A stretch of DNA of 64,000 bases from positions 774,919 to 838,918 of the forward strand of contig OY970123.1 of NCBI GenBank assembly GCA_963705905.1, in the 5' to 3' direction. Source of the DNA: an uncultured Chloroflexia bacterium. GTDB taxonomy: Bacteria > Chloroflexota > Dehalococcoidia > GIF9 > UBA5629. A model generated the notes under the pieces. It worked only from the letters and a program-made list of their open reading frames with translations. It made no database searches and was not told the origin of the DNA. Below, in pieces: positions 19,566 through 29,378 of the stretch. The position numbers and the translations under genes were made by a program. The first letter of the stretch is position 1, and each line of letters starts with the position of its first letter.

Positions 19566-20756
19566 TTACGGGGAAGCCAATGGTAGGGTAAAGAAAAAAG
19601 TGGAGCCTTTCCCTTCGATGCTTTCCACCCATATCTTCCCCCCATGCGCTGAGATGATGTGCTTGGAGATAGCCAGGCCCAACCCCGATCCCTCACCAGT
19701 CCTGGATTTATCGACTTTGTAGAAACGCTCGAAAACGCGCGGCAACTCTTCCTGCGGAATCCCTATACCGGTATCCGAAACTGAAACCAGGATAAAATCC
19801 ATTTCCTTTCTGGCGGCTATAGTAATCCTGCCTCCTTTGCCGGTAAATTTAACGGCATTATGTATCAAGTTGACCAGGACGCTTTCGATCTGGTCACTAT
19901 CGATAACGGGGGACGGCAGCGCCGGCTGGATGTCTATACCAACCGAAATGCCCGCCTTTTCCGCAAGGGCGCTTAACCGTTCGACGGAACGGCTGATCAA
20001 CAGCTGCATATCCGAGGCTCCCTTGTCCGGGGCCGATCTCTTATCCTCTATCCTTGCCAGTACGCTTAGCTCCTCGGTCATTTGCTGCAATTTCTCAGTC
20101 TCGAAATCAATCTTCTTTAAGAAATCCTGTGCAACCTCCGGATCTTTCATCGCTCCATCTGATAGCGTCTCAGCCAGCAGCTTGATGGACGTAATGGGCG
20201 TCCTGAACTCATGTGAAATGTTAGAGATGAGGTCCCGGCGTATATCTTCCAGGTGCTCCCTTTCGGTTATATCGGTCACGATCACGACGTATTTATATCC
20301 GTTCTGAACGGGTAAAACCGTAACATCAAACGATTGCTTTGTACGTTGGTTTCTGATTAACGAATTCTGCTGCCGGACTGTGCTGACACTTTTTTTAAGC
20401 AGTGCGTCGAATTCATAATCCCTCACAATTTCAATAAACGTGGCCCCACCCACTCTCCCAAACCGGGTCCCGAAAAGCCGTTCCGCAGCGCTGTTCATAA
20501 ATTCCACACTATGATTGATATCTGTAATCAGTATGCCGTCCTGTACCCCTGAAAGCGCAGCTCTTAGTACCCCCTCGAAGGTTTCATCAACCTGCTTTTC
20601 CACGCTTGAAACTGGTGCCGGCTTGCCGGGAATAGTCTTGCCACCACCCTTTTTTCCGGCAATTCTTAACCTGTACCAGGATAAAAATATGCTGAGCGCC
20701 AGCAAGATAAACAGGACGACGACGGCAATTATAAGCAAGGCCTCTTCGGTCTTCAT
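19566..20756 (-). CDS. sensor histidine kinase, PhoR-like (TM-PAS-HisKA-HATPase)
   Basis: N-terminal TM, PAS, H-box HEFRTPITSIK, and G1/G2 boxes. Confidence 0.8.
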   Translation of the reverse strand: MKTEEALLIIAVVVLFILLALSIFLSWYRLRIAGKKGGGKTIPGKPAPVSSVEKQVDETFEGVLRAALSGVQDGILITDINHSVEFMNSAAERLFGTRFGRVGGATFIEIVRDYEFDALLKKSVSTVRQQNSLIRNQRTKQSFDVTVLPVQNGYKYVVIVTDITEREHLEDIRRDLISNISHEFRTPITSIKLLAETLSDGAMKDPEVAQDFLKKIDFETEKLQQMTEELSVLARIEDKRSAPDKGASDMQLLISRSVERLSALAEKAGISVGIDIQPALPSPVIDSDQIESVLVNLIHNAVKFTGKGGRITIAARKEMDFILVSVSDTGIGIPQEELPRVFERFYKVDKSRTGEGSGLGLAISKHIISAHGGKIWVESIEGKGSTFFFTLPLASP

Positions 20757-20782
20757 TGTTTTACCTTTGCAGGTGTGCCTTA

Positions 20783-21499
20783 TTAAACAGCAAATTTATA
20801 GCCATAGCCGCGTACAGTTTGCACATATTGTGGATTTTCTGCATTCTTCTCCAACTTCCGCCTCAGCCAGCGGATATGCACGTCCACGGTCCTGGCATTA
20901 CCGATATAATCGTAGCCCCAGACTTTCCTCAAAATCTGTTCGCGGCTCAGCACTTTACCTTTATTGGAGGCCAGAAAAACTAGTAATTCGAACTCTTTAG
21001 GATTCAGTTCCACCGAATCTCCTTTATTGAAGACTTCATGCCTCTCAAGGTCTATCTTTAAGGCTCCGGATTCCAGGTAGCGGGATTTAGCATCGACCGC
21101 GGCAGCCGACATTTTTTCCTGCGAGCGGCGCAGCAACGCCTTGATACGCGCCTGCAGTTCCCTCATACTGAACGGTTTGGTCACATAGTCATCAGCCCCC
21201 ATCTCCAGTCCCACAACTTTGTCGATCTCCTCAGCTTTGGCCGTCAACATTATAATGGGCACCTGCCTCTCGCTCCGGATGATACGGCAGACCTCAAGTC
21301 CGCTCATGACCGGCAACATTATGTCCAAAAGTATGAGGCTGATACTTTTATTACGAAATACTTGCAACCCCTCCTCGCCATTCGCCGCAGTCAAGACCTT
21401 ATAACCTTCTTTTTGAAGGTTATATTGTAGGAGGTCCCTTAAAGTGCGGTCGTCTTCAACTATGAGAATAGAGCCGTCCGTCATAATGGTTCCATCCAA
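20783..21499 (-). CDS. OmpR-family response regulator, PhoB/PhoP-like
   Basis: Receiver domain (ILIVEDD...LLDIMLP) plus a winged-helix DNA-binding domain (VHIRWLRRKLE). Confidence 0.85.
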   Translation of the reverse strand: MDGTIMTDGSILIVEDDRTLRDLLQYNLQKEGYKVLTAANGEEGLQVFRNKSISLILLDIMLPVMSGLEVCRIIRSERQVPIIMLTAKAEEIDKVVGLEMGADDYVTKPFSMRELQARIKALLRRSQEKMSAAAVDAKSRYLESGALKIDLERHEVFNKGDSVELNPKEFELLVFLASNKGKVLSREQILRKVWGYDYIGNARTVDVHIRWLRRKLEKNAENPQYVQTVRGYGYKFAV

Positions 21500-21539
21500 C
21501 TATAAATCATATCATTTTTCCAAAGCTTCAATTAACAAA

Positions 21540-21576
21540 GGAGCCCGCAACCTTGATGGTTGCGGGCTCCTTTTAT
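21540..21576. terminator. bidirectional intrinsic terminator downstream of rpoD
   Basis: ggagcccgcaacc-ttga-tggttgcgggctcc is a 13-bp stem followed by T-runs on both strands. Confidence 0.65.
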
Positions 21577-21596
21577 ATTCCCTTTCGTTATATAAA

Positions 21597-23027
21597 TCAG
21601 GCCAGGAAATCTATTAGCTTCCGGCTGCGGCTGGGGTGTCTTAGCTTGGCCAGTGCCTCTTTTTCGATCTGCCTGATGCGCTCACGTGTCAGACCGAACT
21701 CATGCCCGACCTCTTTCAAAGTCAATCCCTGTTCGTTGTCCAGGCCGTAACGCATCTCAATGATTTTCCGCTCTCTGTCCGAGAGCGAAGCGAGCACATC
21801 ACGGAACTGCTGCCGGAGCATGCTCTGGGCGGCTTCCTCATCGGGCGCCGGGCTGACATCGTCCTCAATGAAATCGCTTAGCTGACTTTCATCTTCTCCT
21901 ATGGGAATGTCCAGCGATACCGGCTCAGCATAAAGTATGCTTACCAGCCAGTCTATCTTATCGCTGTCTACACCCATTTCTGTGGCCAGTTCCTCACTGG
22001 TAGGTTTGCGGCCCAGCTTTTGCAGAAGCTTCTGCCGGGCATTATTCATCTTGGTGATCGTTTCTACCGTGTGGACAGGCAACCGGATAGTCCTTGACTG
22101 ATCTGAGATAACGCGGTTGATAGCCTGCCTGATCCACCAGGTCGCATATGTGCTGAACTTGAAGCCGCGCCTGTAATCGAACTTCTCCACGGCACGCATC
22201 AGTCCGATATTGCCCTCCTGTATCAGATCCGATAGGGGCATGCCTCTCGCCCTGTATTTCTTAGCCATGCTCAATACCAGTCTGAGATTGGCCTTAATCA
22301 TATGCTCAGCAGCTTCCCGCCCGGATTTTCTAATCTTCTCAAAGTGGCCGGCAAGCTTTTCCCTATTTATTTCCAGATACCTGGTGAATTCCGCTTTGGC
22401 AGCGAGGTGTTTCAGGTCAGCCATCTTCCTGACCGTCAAGAAACCATCGACAACCCTCCACGGTACCAGGCGTGTCAATATGGACATCTCGGCTATTGCA
22501 GCAATGGCTTCCTCTTCACTCATGTGAGCACTTCGCGCTACGAACTTTGTCAGCTCATCCTGCGTAATGCCGTCTATATGTGATCTGAATTTCTCATTCT
22601 CCAGGTTTTCAGTCAGTGAGCTTGAAGTCACCTCATAGTGTTTGAACAGCTTTTCCAGAATGGCCGCATATAATCCAAGTCTGGCCAGCAGAGACTTAAC
22701 GTCATCCACTTCAGTTGAATGTCCATTCCGCTTAGTACCGGTCTTTTTAGCTATATTGGCAAGGTAATTAGCCAGCTCCATACGTCCCGCAAGCTCTCTT
22801 TCCTGCTTACCCGTGAGCAGTGGAGTTTTACTGCATTCGGCTATATAAAGGCTCACCGAGTCCTCAGCCATGTCCCTGGCCCTCTTGTCATTGCCATACG
22901 CAGCCTCGTCCATTTCGGACTTAGCATACGATCTCTCGAGACTTCTTAAACTACCTTCGAACTCGCCGAGATCACCCTCGACTGCAATTTTATCTATATC
23001 TTTTACTTCTTCTTTAATCTTTGCCAT
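21597..23027 (-). CDS. rpoD: RNA polymerase primary sigma factor RpoD/SigA
   Basis: Regions 1.2-4.2 are present ([27 protein letters not shown], ...[20 protein letters not shown]). I chose the start at MAKIKEE, which has a gggaggg RBS. Confidence 0.9.
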   Translation of the reverse strand: MAKIKEEVKDIDKIAVEGDLGEFEGSLRSLERSYAKSEMDEAAYGNDKRARDMAEDSVSLYIAECSKTPLLTGKQERELAGRMELANYLANIAKKTGTKRNGHSTEVDDVKSLLARLGLYAAILEKLFKHYEVTSSSLTENLENEKFRSHIDGITQDELTKFVARSAHMSEEEAIAAIAEMSILTRLVPWRVVDGFLTVRKMADLKHLAAKAEFTRYLEINREKLAGHFEKIRKSGREAAEHMIKANLRLVLSMAKKYRARGMPLSDLIQEGNIGLMRAVEKFDYRRGFKFSTYATWWIRQAINRVISDQSRTIRLPVHTVETITKMNNARQKLLQKLGRKPTSEELATEMGVDSDKIDWLVSILYAEPVSLDIPIGEDESQLSDFIEDDVSPAPDEEAAQSMLRQQFRDVLASLSDRERKIIEMRYGLDNEQGLTLKEVGHEFGLTRERIRQIEKEALAKLRHPSRSRKLIDFLA

Positions 23028-23248
23028 ATTTATTCCCTCCCCCACCTGTATGCGGGGCAGATAATTCAAATTGTTTCAGTAAATTACAATTATAAATACA
23101 TATTGTTAAGGTATTATTATGCTATTCCAATATGAATAATCAGTAAGCGACTTAAGTCTCAAATAATAAAACGGATAGAATTTGGAAAAGGTTGCATATC
23201 GATAGGTAATTAAGGCAGGAAAGTGTGGGGCACAGGCAACCGGGACGG

Positions 23249-23461
23249 TCAGTCTTCTATAGTTACTATTTCATAGGGACACTGCAGTGCCCCTGTCTCA
23301 CAAACGAGCTCACAATCACAACACCATCCGCAATCATCCACCTGGATTAGCGTAACGGTCTCACCGCTCATCACCAGCGCACCGCACCTGCAAACAGCAA
23401 CACAAAGGCCGCAGCCGTCGCATCTGGTCGGATCAAGTACGGGCAACGTGGACAACGACAA
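23249..23461 (-). CDS. small 2x[4Fe-4S]-type ferredoxin
   Basis: 70 aa with CDGCGLCVAVC and CGWCCDCELVC cysteine clusters. Confidence 0.6.
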   Translation of the reverse strand: MSLSTLPVLDPTRCDGCGLCVAVCRCGALVMSGETVTLIQVDDCGWCCDCELVCETGALQCPYEIVTIED

Positions 23462-23527
23462 TTCCCTCCGTATACATTAAAGTAATGTTATACCTCTGCT
23501 TGTTATCATTCTGTAACTAAAATCACC

Positions 23528-24199
23528 TCAAGTGAGCCCTGCCAGCTGGTTTAACAATTCCTTGTTAACTATAACTATTTTATGCCGCTCCAACCTAACG
23601 GCTCCCGTGTCTTCCAGGCTTTTGAGCGACCTGCCAACCACTTCCCTGGCCGTGCCGGCCATGGCCGCCATCTCGTATTGAGTAAGCTTTTGGAATCCCT
23701 CGGCCCCGTGCAGTGAGTTTTCCATCAATATCTTGGCCACCCTACCCATGACATTTTTAAAAGATAAATCTTCGATTAAATCCAGCAATAGCCTGGACTG
23801 GGCCGCCAGCGCTTCCAGCGCATTCTTCACAACCCTCCAGTTTTTTTCCATGAAGGGCATCAGGTCGTTTTTATGGACCAAATATATAAGAGTGGACATA
23901 CCCAGTGCCTGCACGCTGTACGGGCTGGTACCGCCGCCGAACACGGCCGCGTCGTTAAAGGATTCCCCCGGCCTTCCGATCTTGATGATTTGTTCTTTGC
24001 CTTCGGCGGATGTTTTGAAGATTTTAACGACACCCGCTCCCACAAAATACAGGTTTGGTTCACTATCTCCTTCGGATATAATGGTCTGCCCCTTTTGGAA
24101 AGACCTTTGACCGAAAAGCTGTGCCAGGCCCGCAAGACGGTCTTCACCGACTTCCTTAAAATAGCGCAGGCTGCTCAGGTTTTCTATCGTAATCGACAT
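23528..24199 (-). CDS. Crp/Fnr-family transcriptional regulator
   Basis: cNMP-binding beta-barrel followed by a C-terminal HTH (REVVGRSLKSLEDTGAV). Confidence 0.8.
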   Translation of the reverse strand: MSITIENLSSLRYFKEVGEDRLAGLAQLFGQRSFQKGQTIISEGDSEPNLYFVGAGVVKIFKTSAEGKEQIIKIGRPGESFNDAAVFGGGTSPYSVQALGMSTLIYLVHKNDLMPFMEKNWRVVKNALEALAAQSRLLLDLIEDLSFKNVMGRVAKILMENSLHGAEGFQKLTQYEMAAMAGTAREVVGRSLKSLEDTGAVRLERHKIVIVNKELLNQLAGLT

Positions 24200-24343
24200 A
24201 GCAGGTAACCCGAAAAATTATACCAGCCAACCGATAATTATTAAATAACCCAGTACTGTAACCAGTGATTCAGGACCTCTACCTGCTGGTATCTATTTAC
24301 TCGGGTTGACTATACCAAATGTAAGTATTTATAATTTTAAGAC

Positions 24344-24437
24344 TTGGGAACAGGCGGCCCTCATTAAAATGGGTGCAGTCGGGCTAAAAGCAGCGGGATT
24401 TCGGCTCCGTGGGACTTAAGGTTCCACGGGGTTTTTT
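24344..24437 (+). ncRNA. structured 5' leader with intrinsic terminator upstream of the CDF transporter; possible czcD (NiCo)-type metal riboswitch
   Basis: The divergent intergenic region has no upstream + strand gene. The hairpin ccgtgggacttaaggttccacgg followed by TTTTTT ends 9 nt before the ATG. The leader contains ACAG, CAGUCGGGC, AAAAG and GUGGGAC elements. Confidence 0.3.
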
Positions 24438-24445
24438 AATTAATA

Positions 24446-25429
24446 ATGGATAGTCAAAAACAAAAAACCGCAGTCGCAGCTCTGTCAGTTGCCTCCAACG
24501 GCACGCTGGTCATCCTCAAACTCATCAGCGGCGTTTTATCGGGGTCCGTAGCGATCCTTTCGGAAGCCGCACACTCCTCGGTAGACCTGATTGCCTCATT
24601 CATAGCCCTTTTTGCTGTACGGGCTTCAGCCAAACGCCCGGATGAAGAGCATCCCTTCGGACACGGCAAGATCGAGGATATCTCGGCCCTGGCCGAGGCG
24701 CTCCTCATACTGGCGGCAGCAGTTTGGATTATATATCAGTCCATACAAAAGCTCCTCCATCCACAGTCACTTCAAGTCCTCAGTTGGGGTATAGTGGTCA
24801 TGCTTTTCTCGGCAGTGGCCAACATTGTGATATCGCACTTGCTTTTCAAAGTCGGGAAAAAGACCGAATCTCCAGCACTGATCGCTGACGGCTGGCATCT
24901 CAGGACCGATGTTTATACTTCTGCCGGCGTGTTTCTGGGGCTTGGCCTGATATGGGCCGGGACCAGCCTGTGGCCACACATAAACTTTTTCTGGATCGAC
25001 CCCCTGGCGGCCATGCTCGTGGCCCTTCTGATCATGCGTACTGCCTTCAAGCTCTCCGAAGACGCAGTCAAAAACCTGATCGATACCAGTCCACCCCCCG
25101 AGGAACAGGAGTGGCTCTCCGATTATCTTGAAAGCTGGTATCCTACTGTTCGTTCGATACACCGGGTCAGGAACAGGAAATCTGGCGCCAGCCGCTTTAT
25201 TGATTTGCACGTGGTGGTCGATCCCACCATGTCGGTGATCGACTCCCACGAGATAACCGAGAAAATGGAGACGGATATCAAAAACAAATTTAACAGTGCT
25301 GACGTCACTGTGCATATCGAACCCTGCGATGGTGCCTGCAGAAAAATATGCGTCAGCGGTTGCATGATGAGCGATGACGCCAGAAAATCGATGCAGTCCA
25401 AAAACAGTAGAACTGCTAAAATAGCCTGA
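24446..25429 (+). CDS. cation diffusion facilitator (CDF) family divalent-metal efflux transporter
   Basis: 6-TM N-terminal domain with HSxxD-type metal-binding motifs (SEAAHSSVDL, ADGWHLRTD) and a cytoplasmic C-terminal domain. Confidence 0.85.
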   Translation: MDSQKQKTAVAALSVASNGTLVILKLISGVLSGSVAILSEAAHSSVDLIASFIALFAVRASAKRPDEEHPFGHGKIEDISALAEALLILAAAVWIIYQSIQKLLHPQSLQVLSWGIVVMLFSAVANIVISHLLFKVGKKTESPALIADGWHLRTDVYTSAGVFLGLGLIWAGTSLWPHINFFWIDPLAAMLVALLIMRTAFKLSEDAVKNLIDTSPPPEEQEWLSDYLESWYPTVRSIHRVRNRKSGASRFIDLHVVVDPTMSVIDSHEITEKMETDIKNKFNSADVTVHIEPCDGACRKICVSGCMMSDDARKSMQSKNSRTAKIA

Positions 25430-25450
25430 TGTGATAGGTGGTGATATAAA

Positions 25451-26233
25451 ATGAAGATAGTGCATTTTCACGAAGGGAAATCGACTTCCTGGGGAGTTCT
25501 GGAGGGCAACGTCATAGCAGTATATGGGGGCAACCCGTATGCGGAAGGAGAGGAAGCCCGTGCCGCCTTCAAGCCGCTGGGACACGTTGTTCCACTGAAG
25601 GGCGCCAGGTTTTTGTCGCCATGCCCGGCCAGCAAACTGGTCTGCCTGGGACTGAACTATAAACCGCATGCTACCGAGCTCAACCAGCAGCTTCCTGACC
25701 AGCCCCTTCTATTCCTCAAGCCGCCCTCTTCTATCATAGGCCATGAGGACAGCATAATCCTCCCACCCGGCTCCGAAAGGATCGACTATGAGGGCGAGCT
25801 GGGCGTGGTGATCGGTAAAAAGGCCAGAAACATATCTGAAGAAGACTTCTCCGCCTATGTGCTGGGCTATACATGCTTCAATGACGTGACGGACCGTATC
25901 GCCCAGGCCAAAGACGGGCAATGGACCAGGGCCAAGAGCTATGACACCTTTGCACCTATCGGCCCCTGCGTGGAGACCGACGTGAATCCATCCGACTTAA
26001 AGATCGAAACCCGCGTCAACGGGGAGGTCAAGCAGTCAGGCCGCACGAGCGAACTAATCTTTTGGGTGGGGCATCTGGTCAGCTACATATCTCATGTCAT
26101 GACCCTCATGCCCGGCGATGTCATCGCAACGGGCACGCCGGTAGGCGTGGGCCCTATTAAAGACGGGGATATAGTCGAGATTTGCATCGAGGGGATCGGG
26201 ACCCTTAAGAATTACGTTGTATCCGCACATTGA
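25451..26233 (+). CDS. fumarylacetoacetate hydrolase (FAH) family protein
   Basis: GLNYKPHATE...YEGELGVVIGK...GDVIATGTP is the FAH fold signature. Confidence 0.8.
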   Translation: MKIVHFHEGKSTSWGVLEGNVIAVYGGNPYAEGEEARAAFKPLGHVVPLKGARFLSPCPASKLVCLGLNYKPHATELNQQLPDQPLLFLKPPSSIIGHEDSIILPPGSERIDYEGELGVVIGKKARNISEEDFSAYVLGYTCFNDVTDRIAQAKDGQWTRAKSYDTFAPIGPCVETDVNPSDLKIETRVNGEVKQSGRTSELIFWVGHLVSYISHVMTLMPGDVIATGTPVGVGPIKDGDIVEICIEGIGTLKNYVVSAH

Positions 26234-26249
26234 TCGGAGGTAACAATTC

Positions 26250-27389
26250 ATGGGAATCACGAGATTTTATTTACCGACCAGGTTTATTATCGGGGCGGGA
26301 AGCCTGTCACAACTGGGCAAGGAAGCGTGCAGGCTGGGTAAAACGGCCCTATTGGTTACCGGCTCTAAAAGCATGCGCAAAACGGGTGTGCTCGACAGGG
26401 TAATAAACGACCTCAACGGCAACGATGTAAAACCTGTGGTCTTCGATGAGGTGGAGCCCAACCCCCGTGCCAGCACTATAGACCGGGGCGCAGACAAAGC
26501 GCGGCAGAATAATGCCCAGCTAGTCATCGGTCTGGGTGGCGGCAGCGTTATGGACGCCTCCAAATGCATCGCCCTGGCAGCGGGAGGAACGGAACCCATC
26601 TTCTCAATTTATGAAGGCCGCGCCAAAGCAGGCAAAGCGCTACCCATCCTTCTTATCCCCACTGTTGCTGCCAGCGGGTCCGAGGCCAACGCCGGCGCCG
26701 TCGTTACCAACTGGGATACCCATGAAAAGGTCGTTATCGGCAACAGCCAGATGAATCCCACACTTTCCATCATAGATCCCGAGCTTACGCTCACCCTGCC
26801 GGCCCGTCCGACTGCGCAGGGAGGCCTCGATATCTTCTGTCACCTGGTCGAGCCATATATAACCTGTGATGAATTTACGCTTATTAACGATTCATTGCGC
26901 GAAGCCTGTATGCGCACGGTGGTGGAAACATTGCCGGCTGTATTGGCCAAACTTGACGATATCGAGGGCCGCACACGCCTTTCCTGGGCCAGCACCATTG
27001 CCTGCTCGCAGTTCGCAAGCCTGGGAGGCGGCACCGGCCTGATGACCCTGCATGCCATCGAGCACGCTCTGAGCGGCCATTACGATATAGCCCATGCCGA
27101 CGGCCTTGCCGCGCTTTTGATCGAATGGATGAAATACACCTCGCCGGTGCGGGAGGACCGCTTCAAGCGGCTGGGTAAGAATGTTTTCGGTGCTTCCGAC
27201 GGCATCGAGGCGACTCGCAAATGGCTAAAACGGGTGGGTATGGACTTCAAATTAAGCAGCCTGCACGTGAAAGACCCTGATTTCGAAAAGCTGGCCGCCA
27301 CTGCCTTAAAGACAGGGTCCTGGGCCAAGTTCCATCCCAGGACTATGGATGCTACAGCCATAGCTTCGATCTACAAGAAATCTTTCTAG
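26250..27389 (+). CDS. iron-containing (group III) alcohol dehydrogenase
   Basis: GGGSVMDASK glycine motif, and a His-rich metal site (HAIEHALSGHYDIAHADG). Confidence 0.85.
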   Translation: MGITRFYLPTRFIIGAGSLSQLGKEACRLGKTALLVTGSKSMRKTGVLDRVINDLNGNDVKPVVFDEVEPNPRASTIDRGADKARQNNAQLVIGLGGGSVMDASKCIALAAGGTEPIFSIYEGRAKAGKALPILLIPTVAASGSEANAGAVVTNWDTHEKVVIGNSQMNPTLSIIDPELTLTLPARPTAQGGLDIFCHLVEPYITCDEFTLINDSLREACMRTVVETLPAVLAKLDDIEGRTRLSWASTIACSQFASLGGGTGLMTLHAIEHALSGHYDIAHADGLAALLIEWMKYTSPVREDRFKRLGKNVFGASDGIEATRKWLKRVGMDFKLSSLHVKDPDFEKLAATALKTGSWAKFHPRTMDATAIASIYKKSF

Positions 27390-27410
27390 TTTAAGACGTC
27401 TAAATGGATA

Positions 27411-29153
27411 TCAGGCGGCGGCCAGTTCCCTGGCACCGCTTTTCCATTTGTCGGCGTTCTTGACCAGGGCCTCTGCGCCCTTCAACATGACATTGCCGTT
27501 GCGTTCAGATCCAAGCATGGCAGCCAGCTCTTTGAGCCGGTTCTGCCCTTCGATCATCTCGACCCTGCTTGAAGCGCGGCCCGCCTCAATCTCCTTCAGC
27601 AACTTGAAATGGCAATCGCCGAAGCAGGCTATTTGCGGCAGGTGGGTGATACAGACAACCTGGTGGAAGGCAGCCAGCGAAGCCAGTTTCCTGCCTACCG
27701 ACTCGGCTCCTCTGCCCCCGACCCCCATATCTATCTCGTCGAAGATCAGAGTGGGAATTGGGTCGGCCATCTTTAAAGCGCTTTTAACGGCCAGCACAAT
27801 GCGGCTGGTCTCGCCGCCGGAGGCTATGGCGGCCATGGCCCTCATCGGTTCACCCGGGTTGGTGGCCACCTGGAACTCGATCTTGTCTATACCGTCGGAA
27901 GTATAGGCAAAGCATTTGCCTCCGGCGACGGCCAGTCCCTCCACATCCTCCCTGCGGGACAACACTATATCGAATTTGGCCCATGCCAGGTTTAGGTCCC
28001 CCAATTCTTCATTGACCAATTTAACGAGCTTGCCTGCCGCGCCCCGCCTGGCCAGCGAAAGCGCCTCGGCCTGCCTGCCCGCTTCTAACTTTAACTCTCT
28101 GACATCATTCTGCAGCTTTATTTTTCGCTCCTGCCTGTTTTGCAGGGACTCCAGCTCCGATTGCGCCTTTTTACGGAAATCAATAACGGCTTCTATCGTA
28201 TTGCCGTATTTGCGTTTCAACGTTTCAATAGTGCCGATTTGATGCTCGATTTCCTGAAGCCTGTCCTGGCTATTTTCTATTTTCTCGGCATAAGACCTCA
28301 GTTCCGAGGCAGCTTCTTCGACGCTTGCCAGGTCCGACTCCAGCCTTTCCCTGTAGACCGAAAGGTTGCCGTCAATAGACGATATGCCGCGCAGACCGCT
28401 CAACGTTTTGTGTATCAAAACCGAAGCCGACCTTTCATCACCGTACAGGTTGGCATAGGCATCCAGGCAGCCTTCGCAAATTGCTTCCGCCCGCCGCAGT
28501 ATTTCCCGCTCGTGATGCAATTCCTCTTCGTCAACTTCTTCGAGCTTCGTCCTGTCTATCTCTTCCACCTGATATTGCAGAAGGTCTGTATAGCCCTCAC
28601 GGTCTGCATTATCCATGGCAGCCAGCTCTTTCTCATGTGCCCTCAGATCGCCTACAATACGTTTAACGCCGTCGCGCATTTCCTGAAGATTGCCGAAAGT
28701 ATCCACCAGGGTCAACTGGTTGGCCGCGTCCAGCAGCGACAGGTACTCCATCTGGCCGTGTATATCAACCAGGTGCTTGCCCAACTGGCGCAGCGTTGAG
28801 AGGGGCACTGCACGGTTATTGATCCTGGCCACGCTCCTGCCGCTGTCCTGAAAATCCCGGGAAACCACGATCATCCCATTGGCCTCGGCTTCGATACCGC
28901 TTTCTTCCAAAATCATAGAAGCACGAGCGGCTGTGGCGTCGGCCGGCCAGAAAATAGCTTCAATCCGTGCCGAAGTCGTGCCGTTGCGTATGAGCCCGGC
29001 CGGAGCCCGTGCCCCCATTAAAAGACCGAGGGCATCCACCAGCAATGATTTGCCTGTCCCTTCATCCCCGCTGATCACATTCAGCCCGGGCACAAAATTC
29101 AGCGCTATGTCCTTGATAACGGCGAAATTCTTAATATGCAGCTCTCCTAACAT
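27411..29153 (-). CDS. recN: DNA repair protein RecN
   Basis: MLGELHIKNFAVIKD...ISGDEGTGKSLLVDAL Walker A, long coiled coil, and a C-terminal SMC-like signature (FDEIDMGVGG). Confidence 0.9.
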   Translation of the reverse strand: MLGELHIKNFAVIKDIALNFVPGLNVISGDEGTGKSLLVDALGLLMGARAPAGLIRNGTTSARIEAIFWPADATAARASMILEESGIEAEANGMIVVSRDFQDSGRSVARINNRAVPLSTLRQLGKHLVDIHGQMEYLSLLDAANQLTLVDTFGNLQEMRDGVKRIVGDLRAHEKELAAMDNADREGYTDLLQYQVEEIDRTKLEEVDEEELHHEREILRRAEAICEGCLDAYANLYGDERSASVLIHKTLSGLRGISSIDGNLSVYRERLESDLASVEEAASELRSYAEKIENSQDRLQEIEHQIGTIETLKRKYGNTIEAVIDFRKKAQSELESLQNRQERKIKLQNDVRELKLEAGRQAEALSLARRGAAGKLVKLVNEELGDLNLAWAKFDIVLSRREDVEGLAVAGGKCFAYTSDGIDKIEFQVATNPGEPMRAMAAIASGGETSRIVLAVKSALKMADPIPTLIFDEIDMGVGGRGAESVGRKLASLAAFHQVVCITHLPQIACFGDCHFKLLKEIEAGRASSRVEMIEGQNRLKELAAMLGSERNGNVMLKGAEALVKNADKWKSGARELAAA

Positions 29154-29210
29154 CGGGCGCCTCCTGGATCAAATCATTCCGTTTTAAAACAATTGTACTA
29201 CTATCTTATA

Positions 29211-29222
29211 GAACATACGTGC
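29211..29222. promoter_or_regulatory. degenerate Cheo/LexA-box-like palindrome upstream of recN
   Basis: GAACATACGTGC matches the GAAC-N4-GTTC consensus at 10 of 12 positions and lies about 60 bp upstream of the recN start. Confidence 0.2.
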
Positions 29223-29378
29223 TATTTGTCAAGAGGGTTTGCGAAATCTCATGAAGTAGTATCCGGAACTGCTACAGGTAGACTCGTTTTTCACATCGGC
29301 CTTCCGCTGACATATAATATGTACATTTGAGCAAAACTATGAGCGACGAAGGGCAGAGCGCGGCAGGCAACTGAGATT

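Noticed and set aside
24767-25669. 300-aa ORF on the minus strand
   Set aside because: Lies entirely antisense to the well-supported CDF transporter and FAH genes. Low-complexity Gly/Arg-rich translation typical of a GC-rich shadow frame.
28140-28799. 219-aa plus-strand ORF inside recN
   Set aside because: Antisense to recN, which has an unambiguous full-length match; no RBS.
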